This document shows, one piece after another, positions 36,316-51,100 of a stretch of DNA of 64,000 nucleotides (position 1 is the stretch's first letter; the number at the start of each line of letters is the position of its first letter). This DNA is from Macrostomum hystrix. Taxonomy: Eukaryota > Animalia > Platyhelminthes. Below the pieces are notes generated by a model. It worked only from the letters and a program-made list of their open reading frames with translations, did no database searches and was not told the origin of the DNA. Made by a program: the position numbers and the translations under genes. The DNA is taken from contig CATNEN010000012.1 in the NCBI GenBank assembly GCA_950097015.1, forward strand, positions 1,364,001 through 1,428,000. The letters are read 5' to 3'.

Positions 36316-36774
36316 CCCTTAATATACATACGAGTACTTTTCTGTTTGTCTGTTTGGCACAGAAGCGTCTTATATCGCGCTATGGTCTCTACTGAGGTAC
36401 AAAAACATTTCGGCTAATTTCTGGATCGGGCAGTTTTGACAATCTCATTAGAGTTAGAGATGTGGGTTAAGAACAATGGGTCGATTTTATGACAGTCCTC
36501 CCATAGCAGACACTAAATTGCTGTCAATTTTCCCTAATTTCTGCACTAATAATAAGTGCCGCTGTCCGCTGATATCTCGGATATTGTCTGTTTTTTGCCG
36601 GCAGAAATTCAGATCATTTACCTGCCCAAAAGTAAACGTTTGTTTTTCCCAATTTAGCCCATTTGCTGATGAATTTCTTTCTGTTACAATCTGGAAATTA
36701 GCAGTTCGCGCATCACAGATCGTTTCTAGTAAAGTTTTGATTGGGGATACCAAAAAAGTCCCAATATCAAAGAC

Positions 36775-37375
36775 CACAGATCCCAAAAGATCCTCACATA
36801 TCCCAAAAGATCATCATATATCCCAAAAGATCCTCATATATCCCAAAAGATCATCAGATATCCCAAAAGATCCTCACAGATCCCGAAAGATCCTTACAGA
36901 CCCTAAAAGATCATCAGATACCCCAAAAGATCCTCATGTATCCCAAAATGTCCTCATGTATCCCAAAAGATTATAATAAATCCCAAAAGATCCTCATGTA
37001 TCCCAAAATATCCTCATGTATCCCAAAAGATTATAATAAATCCCAAAAAATCCTCATATATCCCAAAAGATCCTCATATATCCCAAAAGATCCTCATATA
37101 TCCCAAAAGATCCTCATATATCCCAAAAGATCCTCATATAGCCCAAAGGATCCTCACATATTCCAAAAGATCCTCATATAGCCCAAAAGATCCTCACAGA
37201 TCCCAAAAGATCCTCACATATTCCCAAAAGATCCTCAGAAATCCCAAAAGATCCTAACAGATCCCAAAAGATCCTCACATATCCCAGAAGATCCTTACAG
37301 AACTTAAAAGATCCTCAAAAATCCTCATAGATCCCAAAAAGTCGTTTTAGATCTCAAAAGATACTCATAGAGTCA
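36775..37375. repeat. 20-bp array (ATCCCAAAAGATCCTCATAT)
   Basis: Direct inspection. Confidence 0.92.
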
Positions 37376-37801
37376 AATAGATCCCAGAGTCACTGTTTAG
37401 AAAGATTCCCTCAGTCATTTGGCTTGTGACTCACCAATGTCTAAAGTCGATGCGCTTAATGAGCAGTGAGAAAACTTGGCCCGGTGAGAACGGAAGAAAA
37501 AAAGAGGAATTGGAGAGGCTACTAAACAACGGCCATTGGAGGCATTCAGCACTAAGGCAAAAACAGTTGGCTTTTGCCAGGTGGGGCACTCTTAGAAAAA
37601 GACAATTGAAACCGGGAGACGCGGAGGAAAAGAGGGAGAGAGTGTGTGCGTGTGAGTGTGTGTGCGTGTGAGTGTGTGTGCGTGTGAGTGCGTGTGAGTG
37701 TGTGTGCGCGTGCAGCCTAACTGAATTTGAGTCGCTGGCGTGGAAAGCCTAGTGAGAGGTGTTCGTTACCAGTTTGCCACCATAACTTTCTTGGCGATTG
37801 T

Positions 37802-37842
<41 letters not shown>

Positions 37843-39159
37843 GGGACTGATAGACGTGTGAAAATGACAGGCAGTGAGCAGGAGATGTGAACAGACAGCA
37901 GACTTCTGCAAATTTCTGCCACATGTCACAGGTGCCACTCTTGTCTCAGCGGAAAGAACTGGAATAATTCATTCAGATGTTCTTTAATAATAAAAAATTG
38001 CTCTTCGCTTATTTGGCGAGAATAAAGTAATGCGTGACTGGAGAGAATCGTTAATGATTTATTGATTTGCGAATTCTGCAAAAACTTTTCTCATGTATTT
38101 GACAGCTAAGTAGAAAACTGTTTTGCTGCTGCTACGAATTTTTTTCTGATAATTGTTTGCCATTGTGCAGCGCTTAAAAATGCTGTTTACAACTGTTCAG
38201 TCCATGGACTGAGTGTGTCAATGGACTATGCGAATAGTTTAAATTTCAATCAGAGTTTGATAGTGTGTTCCTATGAGCTGCATTTTCTAAAGTATATCGA
38301 AGACATTTGAAATTTGAAATTAAAAAATGGTGAGGAGAGAACCCTTGGATTGATAAGCTGTTCATTTTATTGTACCTCTTCTGAGAATGAGACATTGCGT
38401 TGAAGATTGCAGGTCGACTAACCTTATCAAAGCAGGTTGGATTTCTTTCGATTTTCGATTCACAAAACATGGAATTAAACAAATTTGACAATTTGACAAT
38501 CTGACTTGAAGAGAATTGCGCAGAAAGTTTATGGAAAAAGGCCGACACAAACTGGGCCAGCGGGGCATGCAAGTGCCAAAAGCCATGATTGGTTCCAGCT
38601 AGACTTAGAGACAGAAGGAGGAGGGTGAGAGGAGGTGAGGAGGGAGGGGCGGACAGGCGCTTGTCGAGGAAGAAGTAGTCAGCGAAGGCCGCATTATCCC
38701 CAGTCGGCCATGCCACCAGCCCCCCATCCGACTCCCCAATCCCTGAGGCTCTTGTTGGGTCGCCGGCAGTTGCATGGGGAGCTTAGTAGTTTGGTTGAGG
38801 ATGTTGACGGAATGTTTTGCCTGCGAGGAGTGGAGATTGTGGTGAATGGGGACTTGGGAAGAGCCGGCAGCCACTCCTCTGCCCTCCCCAGTCAGCTTTG
38901 ACACATAAGCGTGGCCACCTCTGCGTGCCTCCTTCTGTCTTCTGCTTCCTCTGATTGTTTTCTCCTTCTTTTTACATTCCTTCTCCGCTCTTCCTCTCGC
39001 TGACAGGATCCGGTACTGCAGTTGCCAACCTGGCCTGCCCACCCCCTGACCCGCCCTCCACGGGTCAACGAAAGTTGGGCACTCGATTATTATTTGATTT
39101 AGAAACCGGATCTCACCTTCTGCCAGCTCTGAGAAGCCGAGAAATAAAGAAAGAATTGC

Positions 39160-42100
39160 ATGGATCTGCTTCGGCCATTGCTTGTGTACCTGTGCGTGTC
39201 TGTTTGCTCAGCAAGACAGGCGCCTCCGAAGCCCTCAGCGCCATCCACTCTCTCGCTGCCAGCCGATTTCAGTCTGATCTCATCGAATGTGGTTAAAATC
39301 GGCGATCTCTATTATTTTACAGACAACGGCCGCTGCACCAGGCCGGGTGAGCACTGCTCAGAACCCATCGGCGGCGTCTGCGTGGCCAGCGGCTCCAGCC
39401 TCGCCTGCCAGTGCCCCAGCTCGCACACCGTTGTCAGGCACAACAAGGGCGGCATCTGCCAGACAAGTAAGCTGCTTTTAATGTTGCTAAGTCTCGCTTT
39501 TGACACTGTTCCAGTGTCCTGAGTACTCTTCCTGTGTCCTGAGTACTCTTCCAGTGTCCTGAGTACTCTTCCAGTGTCCTGAGCACTCTTCCATTGTCCT
39601 GAGTACTCTTCCAGTGTCCTGAGTACTCTTCCAGCGTCCTGAGTACTCTTCCATTGTCCTGAGTACTCTTCCAGTGTCCTGAGTACTCTTCCAGTGTCCT
39701 GAGTACTCTTCCAGTGTCCTGAGTACTCTTCCAGTGTCCTGAGTACTCTTCCAGTGTCCTGAGTACTCTTCCAGTGTCCTGAGTACTCTTCCAGTGTCCT
39801 GAGTACTCTTCCAGTGTCCTGAGTACTCTTCCAGTGTGCTGAGTACTCTTCCAGCGTCCTGAGTACTCTTCCAGTGTCCTGAGTACTCTTCCAGCGTCCT
39901 GAGTACTCTTCCATTCTCCTAAGCATTCTCCTAGTCGTCACTCCAAATCTCCTTGGCACTCATCCAGTCACTCCAAATCTCCTTGGCACTCATCCAGTCA
40001 CTCCAAATCTCCTAGGCACTCAAACTGTCACTCCAAATCTCCTAGGCACTCATCCAGTCACTCCAAATCTCCTAGGCACTCATCCAGTCACTCCAAATCT
40101 CCTAGGCACTCATCCTGTCACTCCAAATCTCCTAGGCACTCATCCAGTCACTCCAAATCTCCTAGGCACTCATCCAGTCACTCCAAATCTCCTAGGCACT
40201 CATCCAGTCACTCCAAATCTCCTAGGCACTCATCCAGTCACTCCAAATCTCCTAGGCACTCATCCTCTCACTCCAAATCTCCTAGGCACTCATCCAGTCA
40301 CTCCAAATCTCCTAGGCACTCATCCTCTCACTCCAAATCTCCTAGGCACTCATCCAGTCACTCCAAATCTCCTAGGCACTCATCCAGTCACTCCAAATCT
40401 CCTAGGTAGGCACTCATCCAGTCACTCCAAATCTCCTAGGCACTCATCCTGTCACTCCAAATCTCCTAGGCACTCATCCTGTCACTCCAAATCTCCTAGG
40501 CACTCATCCTGTCACTCCAAATCTCCTAGGCACTCATCCTGTTACTTCTAGTCTCTGAATGCCATCCTAAATACGGATCTTCCTTATGTTTCATTATCCT
40601 ATCTGCTTCAAAAAGAAAAAAAATAATTTAAAATTTTCTTCTCTAAAATATACCCGCATTACTCGTAAAAAACAAGCTTGTCAAGGAGATGTTTTCATTT
40701 CTAGTCATTCGCACTTGTTCCTCTCACCTGGAAAATAGAGCTTTTATTGACAGGCAGTTGCAATTGTGGAACGGAAGGGGAACTCAGGCCGAGCCATAGT
40801 CGTCAAATCCTCAGAGTTATATTATCCCAAAAATGCTGTCTCAGTTGGTTAGCGATGCTGCACTAATGGCCGAAATGCATTAATGCCAGAACTTGCACTG
40901 TTTGTGCTCAATAGTTTGAGAGCGGATGGATTTAGTTTGAGCACAGATACTAGACTCCTCCAGGGAGTGGCCTAAGCCCACTTGAAAGGGCCTACACTAT
41001 GCTCAGATTTAGTTTCAGATCAGATCACTGAGCATTCCCCGTACCGCTGAGACGGCTAACCCAGTGGCAGCAAAGTCCCCGACCCATTGTTGTTCAGCCT
41101 CATCCATCATCTTGTGCCTGTTCACAGCAGCTGGTTATCAATGCAATTCCTTTAATGGACTTTTCTTGGCGGCTTTGAAATGCTAACTATTTTAACAGCG
41201 CGACAATTTAAGCGAAGAGGAAGAGGAGAGAGTTGGGATAAAAGCCTGAAATTGAGCATGAAATTTAAACCTGTTCTCAAAACTTCAAAGCGATTAGACC
41301 GCACAGAACCAGAAGAAAATGCAGCTTTAGCATTTAGGAAATGTGAAACTAACTTTGCTGAAGCCATCTAAAACTTGGTTAGTTGTAGCGGGCTAATAAA
41401 TTTTCACCTCTTTCTGGCGAAGTAAACTGGAAGCTTTGCCGTGAATAACTAATTAGTGCCACCTGCCACTGCATTAATTAAATCAACACTGGTACCCAGT
41501 GTGGAATCGGGCTGGCATACTTTCCATTTTTTTCAAAATAAACATTCATTTTCACACACTCTGAGTACCTTAGAGAGCCAAGGCCCGCTGCAAAACAAGA
41601 CTCACACCTGCTCTAGAGTGCATGCCTCGCTGAGTGTCTGAGACCTTCTTAACTTCCAATAAGCCACTGACACCTGAAAGCAGAGCCTTCAAATCCCCAA
41701 TCCCTCGAAGCTCCCAAATTAACTCCAAATCTCCCTAAAGCTCTCACAAATCCTCCAATGCTCCGAAATCCCTAAAAACATCCAAAATCCCCGAAAGCCT
41801 CCAAAGTCACCGAAGAGCTCTTGAATCCCCCAAAAGCTCAAAATTTCCCAAAACACCTCGAAAACCTATCAAAGCCTCTTAAATCCCTCAAACGCTCCAG
41901 AAATCCCCAAAAGGTCCAAAGTCACGCAAAAACTTCCAAATCGCCCAAATTCCTCCGAAGGTCCTGAAATCCCCTAAAGGCTCCCAAAATCCCCTAAAAG
42001 CTCCCAAAATCCCCTAAAAGCTCCCAAAATCCCCTAAAAGCACCCAAAATCTCCTAAAAGCTCTCAAAATCCCCTAAAAGCTCCCAAAAATCCTAAAAGC

Positions 42101-45100
42101 TCCCAAAATTCCCTAAAAGCTCCCAAAATCCCCTAAAAGCTCCCAAAATCCCCTAAAAGCTCCCAAAATCCCCTAAAAGCTCACAAAATCCCCCCAAAAG
42201 CTCCTAAAATCCCCAAAAGCTCTCAAAATCCCCTAAAAGCTCCCAAAATCCCCTAAAAGCTCCCAAAATCCCCTAAAAGCTCCCAAAATCCCCTAAAAGC
42301 TCCCAAAATCCCCTAAAAGCTCCCAAAATCCCCTAAAAGCTCCCAAAATCCCCTAAAAGCTCCCAAAATCCCCTAAAAGCTCACAAAATCCCCAAAAGCT
42401 CCCAAAATCCCCAAAATCCCCCAAAATCCCCCAGAAGCTCACAAAATCCCCAAAATCCCCAAAATCCCTAAACACTCCCAAAATCCCCAAAAGCTCTTAA
42501 ATCCCAAAAAGCCTTAAATCCTCGAATGATCTCAAAGCTTCCGGATCTATCACAAGTCCGAATCCCCTAAATCAATCGAATCTCAAAGTCGATTGTTTGT
42601 GACCTAAAAAACACCAGCACCGATAAGGCATCGAATCCTGATTGGTCGGTTGACCAATCTCAAAGATTCCTCGCATAACAGTCGATTTGAAGAAGATATT
42701 TTTTTCAAACCAGGAAAGGGAAGCCGTGCTCAGGCAGGCCCGGATGCCGTGAGTCCCGCTGCGCTCGACCGTGTCAGATTGAATCCAGCCGAACCTTTAA
42801 TTCTTTCTGGCACAGCACGGCATGCAGGAAATCCTGGAAAAAGAGACAACAACAAGCAGAGATAGAGATAGGGGTTGGGAGTGAGAAGGATTCTTAATCG
42901 AATAATTGAGCCGGTGACATATGTCTCAAAACTCCTCGCTTCTCTTCCCTGCTCAACCGGGTTTTTCGGTGGAGTGGGCAGTTTAAGTTTAGCCTTCGAA
43001 AGGAGCAGAAAATCAATAAAATATGGTTCCTGGCCACGCCTGCCCGGCCTTCAATCCGATCCAGCCTCTTTACTCTGTGAGTTCTTCTTCTGCTGGAGAA
43101 AGAAGGCTTGAGGATTCTGGGAGGGAGGAAGGCGGTTCCCCCTCCAATCCGCAGAGTTGGGAACGATTTTTCTTCTCTACTTTTTATATTTCTTTCTTCT
43201 TGCCTCCTTTTGGTGCTGCCAAAAGCAGAGTCGATATCTGGATTCCCAGCTACTGTCGATCAATGATGCCGCGATAAATACAGACCAGCACAGCTGCCAG
43301 ATAGATGGGCCCGCTGTCCTACTGGACTTCGGCTAGTTGGCAAAATACTGGATATATTTTTTGGCTCGCTAAAATGGCCCCGAGAACTGTCGCGGTGGAA
43401 GCGGATAATGGTCTGGGATATTATTACAGGCACAGTACTGCACAGGCACAGAAGCTTAAACTCAGAATAAGCTTCAGCTGACACCCTGAACATCATTAAA
43501 CTGACACCCTGAACATCCTTCAACTGACACCCTGAACATCCTTCAACTGGCACCCTGAACATCCTTCAACTGGCACCCTGAACATCCTTCAACTGACACC
43601 CTGAACATCATTAAACTGACACCCTGAACATCTTTTAACTGATACCCTGAACATCATTAAACTGACACCCTGAACATCTTTTAACTGACAGCCTGAACAC
43701 CCTTCAACTGACACCCTGAACATCCTTCAATTGACACCCTGAACATCCTTCAACTGACACCCTGAACATCATTAAACTGACACCCTGAACATCCTTAAAC
43801 TGACACCATGAACATCATTAAACTGACAGCCTGAACACCCTTCAACTGACACCCTGAACATCATTAAACTGACACCCTGAACATCATTAAACTGACACCC
43901 TGAACATCATTAAACTGACACCCTGAACATCATTAAACTGACACACTGAACATCATTAAACTGACACACTGAACATCATTAAACTGACACCCTGAACATC
44001 CTTCAACTGACACCCTGAACATCTTTTTACTGACACCCTGAACATCCTTCAACTGACAGCCTGAACACCCTTCAACTGACACCCTGAACATCATTAAACT
44101 GACACCCTGAACATCCTTCAACTGACACCCTGAACATCATTAAACTGACACCCTGAACATCCTTCAACTGATAACCTATACAACGACAAGGTACAGAACT
44201 CACGGGTTTAATAGTTCTCGGAAAGCTATTAGTACACTCAGCTGCAGCCGAGTGTGCGTGTGTAAGCCGATCTAGCTAGCTCTGTGTGAAAAAGCAGATG
44301 CTGAACAATTGAAAACGTGTTTGCTCTAAGTAAGCAGCAGCAGCAAAAGTATTAGTTCTTATTTCTTCTGCTTTTTCAAATGGGTAGAATAAGTCGGAGA
44401 TGGGGAATGAAGACGGTGGGAAGCGGAACAGCACACAGAATCCCTCCGCTGTTACGGTTGCGCGATTTTTTCTTTGACTTGAAAAAAGGGAAGAACATTT
44501 TTGCTAGTGAAATAGGCACCACCTCCATCACCACAGTGAGACCTGCAGCCGCGACAACAGGCCTGACTTGGGCTGAGCGTGTTGCATAGGATTCCACCCT
44601 CCCCTCACTAGGGATATTTTCCCATCATAAGCATCGAGTAGGTCGAAGGCCTAGCCAAGTTTACCTCTGGCGAGATAAGCGGCTTGCCGAATATGCTTTA
44701 AAAAAATCCTTAACTTCGGGTCTAAGCTCCTAGCAACAGGCTCCTTGCTGCGCGAGAATTCCCAAGCGAGACTAAAGAATGACTCTTCGATGAGTCTTGC
44801 ATGATGCTGGGCATTGGGGACGATTGTAAATTTAATGGGGTGCGCCAAATTCACCTGGGACAGGGGCTCCCTCAAAGGTTCCAGAATATCGGCACTGGTT
44901 CGAAATTCTTGGAAGCCTCACCATACCTAAGTCTCGCCTTTCCCAGGTCTCCCTTCCTAAAGTCTCGCCTTTTCTAATTCTCGCCTTCACCAAGTCCCGT
45001 CTTCCCAAAGTCTCGCCTTCCTAAAGTCTCGCCTTAACAAACTCATGCCTTCACCAAGTCTCGCCTTCCCCAAGTCTCGCCTTACCCAATTCTCGTCTTA

Positions 45101-48100
45101 CCCAAGTCTAACCCAAGTTTACCTATTTACGAGCTACCTACAACTCTCGCCTTCCTAAAGTCTCGCCTTACCCAATTCTCGCCTTCCCGAAGTTTCGCTT
45201 TAACCAAGTCTCTCCTTAACCGAATCTCTCCTTAACCAATTCTCGCCTTTTCTAATTCTCGCCTTACCCAAGTCTCGCCTTAACCAAGTCTCGCCTTACC
45301 CAAGTCTCGCCTTAACCAAGCCTTACCCAAGTCTCGCCTTAACCAAGTCTCGCCTTCCCCAAGTCTCGCCGTACCCAATTCTCGCCTTACCCGATTCTTG
45401 CCTTACCCAAGTCTCGCCTTAACCAAGTCTCGCCTTACCCAAGTCTCGCCTTAACCAAGTCTCGCCTTCCCCAAGTCTCGCCGTACCCAATTCTTGCCTT
45501 ACCCAAGTCTCACCTTAACCAAGTCTCGCCTTACCAAGTCTCGCCTTAACCAAGTCTCGCCTTCCCCAAGTCTCGCCGTACCCAATTCTCGCCTTACCCG
45601 ATTCTTGCCTTACCCAAGTCTCGCCTTAACCAAGTCTCGCCTTACCCAAGTCTCGCCTTAACCAAGTCTCGCCTTCCCCAAGTCTCGCCGTACCCAATTC
45701 TTGCCTTACCCAAGTCTCGCCTTAACCAAGTCTCGCCTTCCCCAAGTCTCGCCGTACCTAATTCTCGCCTTACCCGATTCTTGCCTTACCCAAGTCTCCC
45801 GAACCCAAGTCTCCCGAACCTAAGTCTCCAGAACCCAAGTCACGCCTTACCGAAGTCTCCTTAAGTTCCTTAATTTTCTGCTTAATCTCGCCGTGTCCCC
45901 CTCGCCCCATCGCAGAGCTGCTGGACATATCATGCAAGCGGGACAATGACTACGCGTGCGCCCAGATCAGGGACAGCGTGTGCGCCCCTAACGAGGCTCG
46001 GTGCGTCTGCCCAACAGACACGGTCTATGCGGCTCATAGGCACCAGTGCAGTGAGTAGCTGACTGCCCCATTATGTTCTGTAGGCTGTACAATATTTTGA
46101 GTCTGTAATTACAGCATATTGAGTCTGTAACTACAGTATATTGAGTCTGTAACTGCAGTATATTGAATCTGTAACTACAGTATATTGAGTCTGTAAGTAC
46201 AGTATATTGAGTCTGTAATTACAGCATATTGAGTCTGTAACTACAGTACATTGAGTCTGTAATTACAGCATATTGAGTCTGTAACTACAGTATATTGAGT
46301 CTGTAATTACAGCATATTGAGTCTGTAACTACAGTATATTGAGTCTGTAACTACAGTATATTGAGTCTGTAATTACAGCATATTGAGTCTGTAACTACAG
46401 TATATTGAATCTGTAACTACAGTATATTGAGTCTGTAACTACAGTATATTGAGTCTGTAATTACAGCATATTGAGTCTGTAAGTACAGTATATTGAGTCT
46501 GTAACTACAGTACGAGCTATATTGAGTCTGTAATTACAGCATATTGAGTCTGCAACTACAGTATATTGAGTCTGTAACTACAGTATATTGAGTCTGTAAT
46601 TACAGCATATTGAGTCTGTAACTACAGTATATTGAGTCTGTAACTACAGTATATTGAGTCTGTAATTACAGCATATTGAGTCTGTAACTACAGTATATTG
46701 AGTCTGTAACTACAGTATATTGAGTCTGTAATTACAGCATATTGAGTCTGTAACTACAGTATATTGAGTCTGTAACTACAGTATATTGAGTCTGTAACTG
46801 CAGTATATTGAGTCTGTAACTACAGCATATTGAGTCTGTAACTACAGTATATTGAATCTGAAACTACAGTATATTGAGTCTGAAACTACAGCATATTGAG
46901 TCTGTAACTGCAGTATATTGAGTCTGTAACTACAGCATATTGAGTCTGTAACTACAGTACATTTAGTCTGTAGCTACAGTACATTGAGTCTGTAACTGCA
47001 GTATATTGAGTCTGTAACTACAGCATATTGAGTCTGTAACTACAGTATATTGAGTCTGTAACTGCAGCATATTGAGTCTGTAACTACAGTATATTGAGTC
47101 TGTAACTGCAGCATATTGAATCTGTAACTACAGCATATTACTTCAGTTTTGCGTTCAATTTGCAGAGCACCGCTACTCAGACACTCCTCAGCCGCAGTAC
47201 TGCATCTCCTGTGAAACTGAAGGCGGGGTCTGCTTTAAAGAGGACGAAGTTACTGAGTGAGTAACAGTATTAGGGGACCATGTGCTAGTCTGTAAACTAG
47301 TCTGTAAGTTCTAGTCTAATAGATTGCAGCAAGCTTGTAAACTTGATTAAAGCAAGCCTGTAACTAGAATACATCAAGTCTGTAACTAGAGCACAGCAAG
47401 TCTGTAGCTAGAATACATCAAGTCTGTAACTAGACCACAGCAAGTCTGTAGCTAGAGTACAGCAAGTCTGTAACTAGAGTACAGCAAGTCTGTAACTAGA
47501 GTACAGCAAGTTTGTAACTAGAGCACAGCAAGTCTGTAACTAGAGTACAGCAAGTCTGTAACTAGAGTACAGCAAGTCTGTAACTAGAGTACAGCAAGTC
47601 TGTAACTAGAGTACAGCAAGTCTGTAACTAGAGTACAGCAAGTTTGTAACTAGAGCACAGCAAGTCTGTAACTAGAGTACAGCAAGTCTGTAACTAGAGT
47701 ACAGCAAGTCTGTAACTAGAGCACAGCAAGTCTGTAACTAGAGTACAGCAAGTCTGTAACTAGAGTACAGCAAGTCTGTAACTAGAGCACAGCAAGTCTG
47801 TAGCTAGAGTACAGCAAGTCTGTAACTAGAGTACAGCAAGTCTGTAACTAGAGTACAGCAAGTTTGTAACTAGAGTACAGCAAGTCTGTAACTAGAGTAC
47901 AGCAAGTCTGTAACTAGAGTACAGCAAGTCTGTAACTAGAGCACAGCAAGTCTGTAACTAGAGTACAGCAAGTCTGTAACTAGAGTACAGCAAGTCTGTA
48001 ACTAGAGTACAGCAAGTCTGTAACTAGAGTACAGCAAGTTTGTAACTAGAGCACAGCAAGTCTGTAACTAGAGTACAGCAAGTCTGTAACTAGAGTACAG

Positions 48101-51100
48101 CAAGTCTGTAACTAGAGCACAGCAAGTCTGTAACTAGAGTACAGCAAGTCTGTAACTAGAGCACAGCAAGTCTGTAACTAGAGTACAGCAAGTCTGGAAT
48201 ACAGCTTACATCAAGTCTGTAGCTAGAGTACAGCAAGTCTGTAACTAGAGTACAGCAAGTCTGTAACTAGAGTACAGCAAGTCTGTAACTAGAGTACAGC
48301 AAGTTGTAATTACTAACGAGTCCGGAGGTTTGAAGGAAGTTGAATAAATCTCTAAAATTTCTTTTCTAACTTCTACAACCCAGATTATCTAGGATCAGTT
48401 AAGTGCATTCGCACTAGGCCTTTCATCATCAATTTCTTTAAGCCTGTCAGATTTCTCTGTTAATCAACTGCGCTGGTTGTCGCTGATCAGTGTTGAAACA
48501 AAGCCCTTAAATCTTTTCTTGCCGATCCCCGCAGTCAGGCCTGTCAGTCAGGGTTCCATTCCCCCCCCTTAGAAACCACAGAGCTCTTGGAGTTTTAGCG
48601 GCTGACAAAGTGCGCCCATTCGGCGAACTGAGTGGAGGTGGGGTTGGCGTCGCCGGTCAGTTAATTAACCGCTGGAATTCCCTACCCAAGTAAGCCGTGA
48701 GCAGTGGCGACTCAAGACTAAAAGAAGAAGAACTAAGAAGAGCAGGGCAACTCTGTGAGCTGGCTTTGAGCAACCAGTTTAGAACTCAGGGGGGGTGTGA
48801 GCGGAGGTTATGATGCAATGCTGAGAGCAAGTTTATAAGGCAGGAAAATCTTCAATCCCAACTCTTTCCTCATCCTACAACATCCGTGGTGGTTGGGGTT
48901 GGGGTAGCGAGGCACTGCCCAGACCCAAATTGGATCCCAATGAATTTTTCCCTTGGGATCAATGACTCAGGATGGGAAGCGGGTTGGAACAGCGGCCTTT
49001 AAGCCGCTTTTTGTGGGAAAAAGTAATTGTTCAAATTCTAAAGATCCTGGCTACAAATTCTTCCCTGATCAGAAAACTGCTTAGAGTGTAGGCCTATTAA
49101 TGACTCTGAGCACTAATGTAGGATCAAATTTCTGAGGATCTACTTCGTCATTTTTAATTGGCTCAAATACTCAATTTCAATGACATATTTCAAACCCTCA
49201 ATCTCATCTCTCCACTGTCTACTCTCCACTGTCTACTCTCTCTACTCTCCACTGTCTACTCTCTCTACTCTCCACTGTCTACTCTCCACTGTCTACTCTC
49301 TCTACTCTCCACTGTCTACTCTCTCTACTCTCCACTGTCTACTCTCTCCACTGTCTACTCTCTCCACTGTCTACTCTCTCCACTGTCTACTCTCTCCACT
49401 GTCTACTCTCTCCACTGTCTACTCTCTCCACTGTCTACTCTCTCCACTGTCTACTCTCTCCACTGTCTACTCTCTCCACTGTCTACTCTCTCCACTGTCT
49501 ACTCTCTCCACTGTCTACTCTCTCCACTGTCTACTCTCTCCACTGTCTACTCTCTCCACTGTCTACTCTCTCCACTGTCTACTCTCTCCACTGTCTACTC
49601 TCTCCACTGTCTACTCTCTCCACTGTCTACTCTCTCCACTGTCTACTCTCTCCACTGTCTACTCTCTCCACTGTCTACTCTCTCCACTGTCTACTCTCTC
49701 CACTGTCTACTCTCTCCACTGTCTACTCTCTCCACTGTCTACTCTCTCCACTGTCTACTCTCTCCACTGTCTACTCTCTCCACTGTCTACTCTCTGTACT
49801 CTCCACTGTCTACTCTCTCCACTGTCTACTCTCTCCACTGTCTACTCTCTCGCCAGGAGCTCAGGGCCAATCATGACGGTGAGCGGATCGATCTTTCGTC
49901 TCGGCTGCGCCTGCCCCGGCAACAAGGGCACCTCACGGCTGGACTCAACTGACTCCTGGTCCTACCCTGTGTGCTCAACCAGGCTGCGTGAGTCACATGC
50001 CAGCCGTCATGTTCCATCCAATCCAAACCCTATCATGTACTTTCCTATCCTATCCTATCCCATCCTATCCTATTCTATCCTATCCTATCCTATCCCATCC
50101 TATCCTATTCTATCCTATCCTATCCTATCCTATCCCATCCTATCCTATCCCATCCTATCCCATCCCATCCTATCCTATCCTATCCTATCCTATTCTATCC
50201 TATCCTATCCCATCCCATCCCATCCTATCCTATCCCATCCTATCCCATCCCATCCTATCCTATCCCATCCTATCCTATTCTATCCTATCCCATCCCATCC
50301 CATCCCATCCCATCCCATCCCATCCCATCCTATCCTATCCTATCCTATCCTATCCCATCCCATCCTATCCTATCCCATCCCATCCTATCCTATCCTATCC
50401 TATCCTATCCTATCCCATCCTATCCCATCCCATCCTATACTATCCTATCCTATCCCATCCTATCCTATCCTATCCTATCCCATCCTATCCCATCCCATCC
50501 TATCCTATCCCATCCTATCCTATTCTATCCTATCCCATCCCATCCCATCCCATCCCATCCCATCCCATCCCATCCTATCCTATCCTATCCTATCCTATCC
50601 CATCCCATCCTATCCTATCCCATCCCATCCTATCCTATCCTATCCTATCCTATCCTATCCCATCCTATCCCATCCCATCCTATACTATCCTATCCTATCC
50701 CATCCTATCCTATCCTATCCTATCCCATCCTATCCCATCCCATCCTATCCTATCCTATCCTATCCCATCCCATCCTATCCCATCCTATCCTATTCCATCC
50801 CATCCTATCCTATCCTATCCTATCCCATCCCATCCTATCCTATCCTATCCCATTCCATCATATCCTATCCTATCCTATCCCATCCCATCCTATCCTATCC
50901 TATCCCATCCCATCCCATCCTATCCCATCCCATCCCATCCTATCCTATCCTATCCCATCCTATCCTATCGCATCTAACCCTATCCCATCCCATCCTATCC
51001 CATCCTATCCCATCCTACTATAAGATTAAGTTTGTCGAATAATACATTTCTCAAGGCGACATCGGCGACCCGTGCGACGACAAGAAGCTGCTCTGCCGCA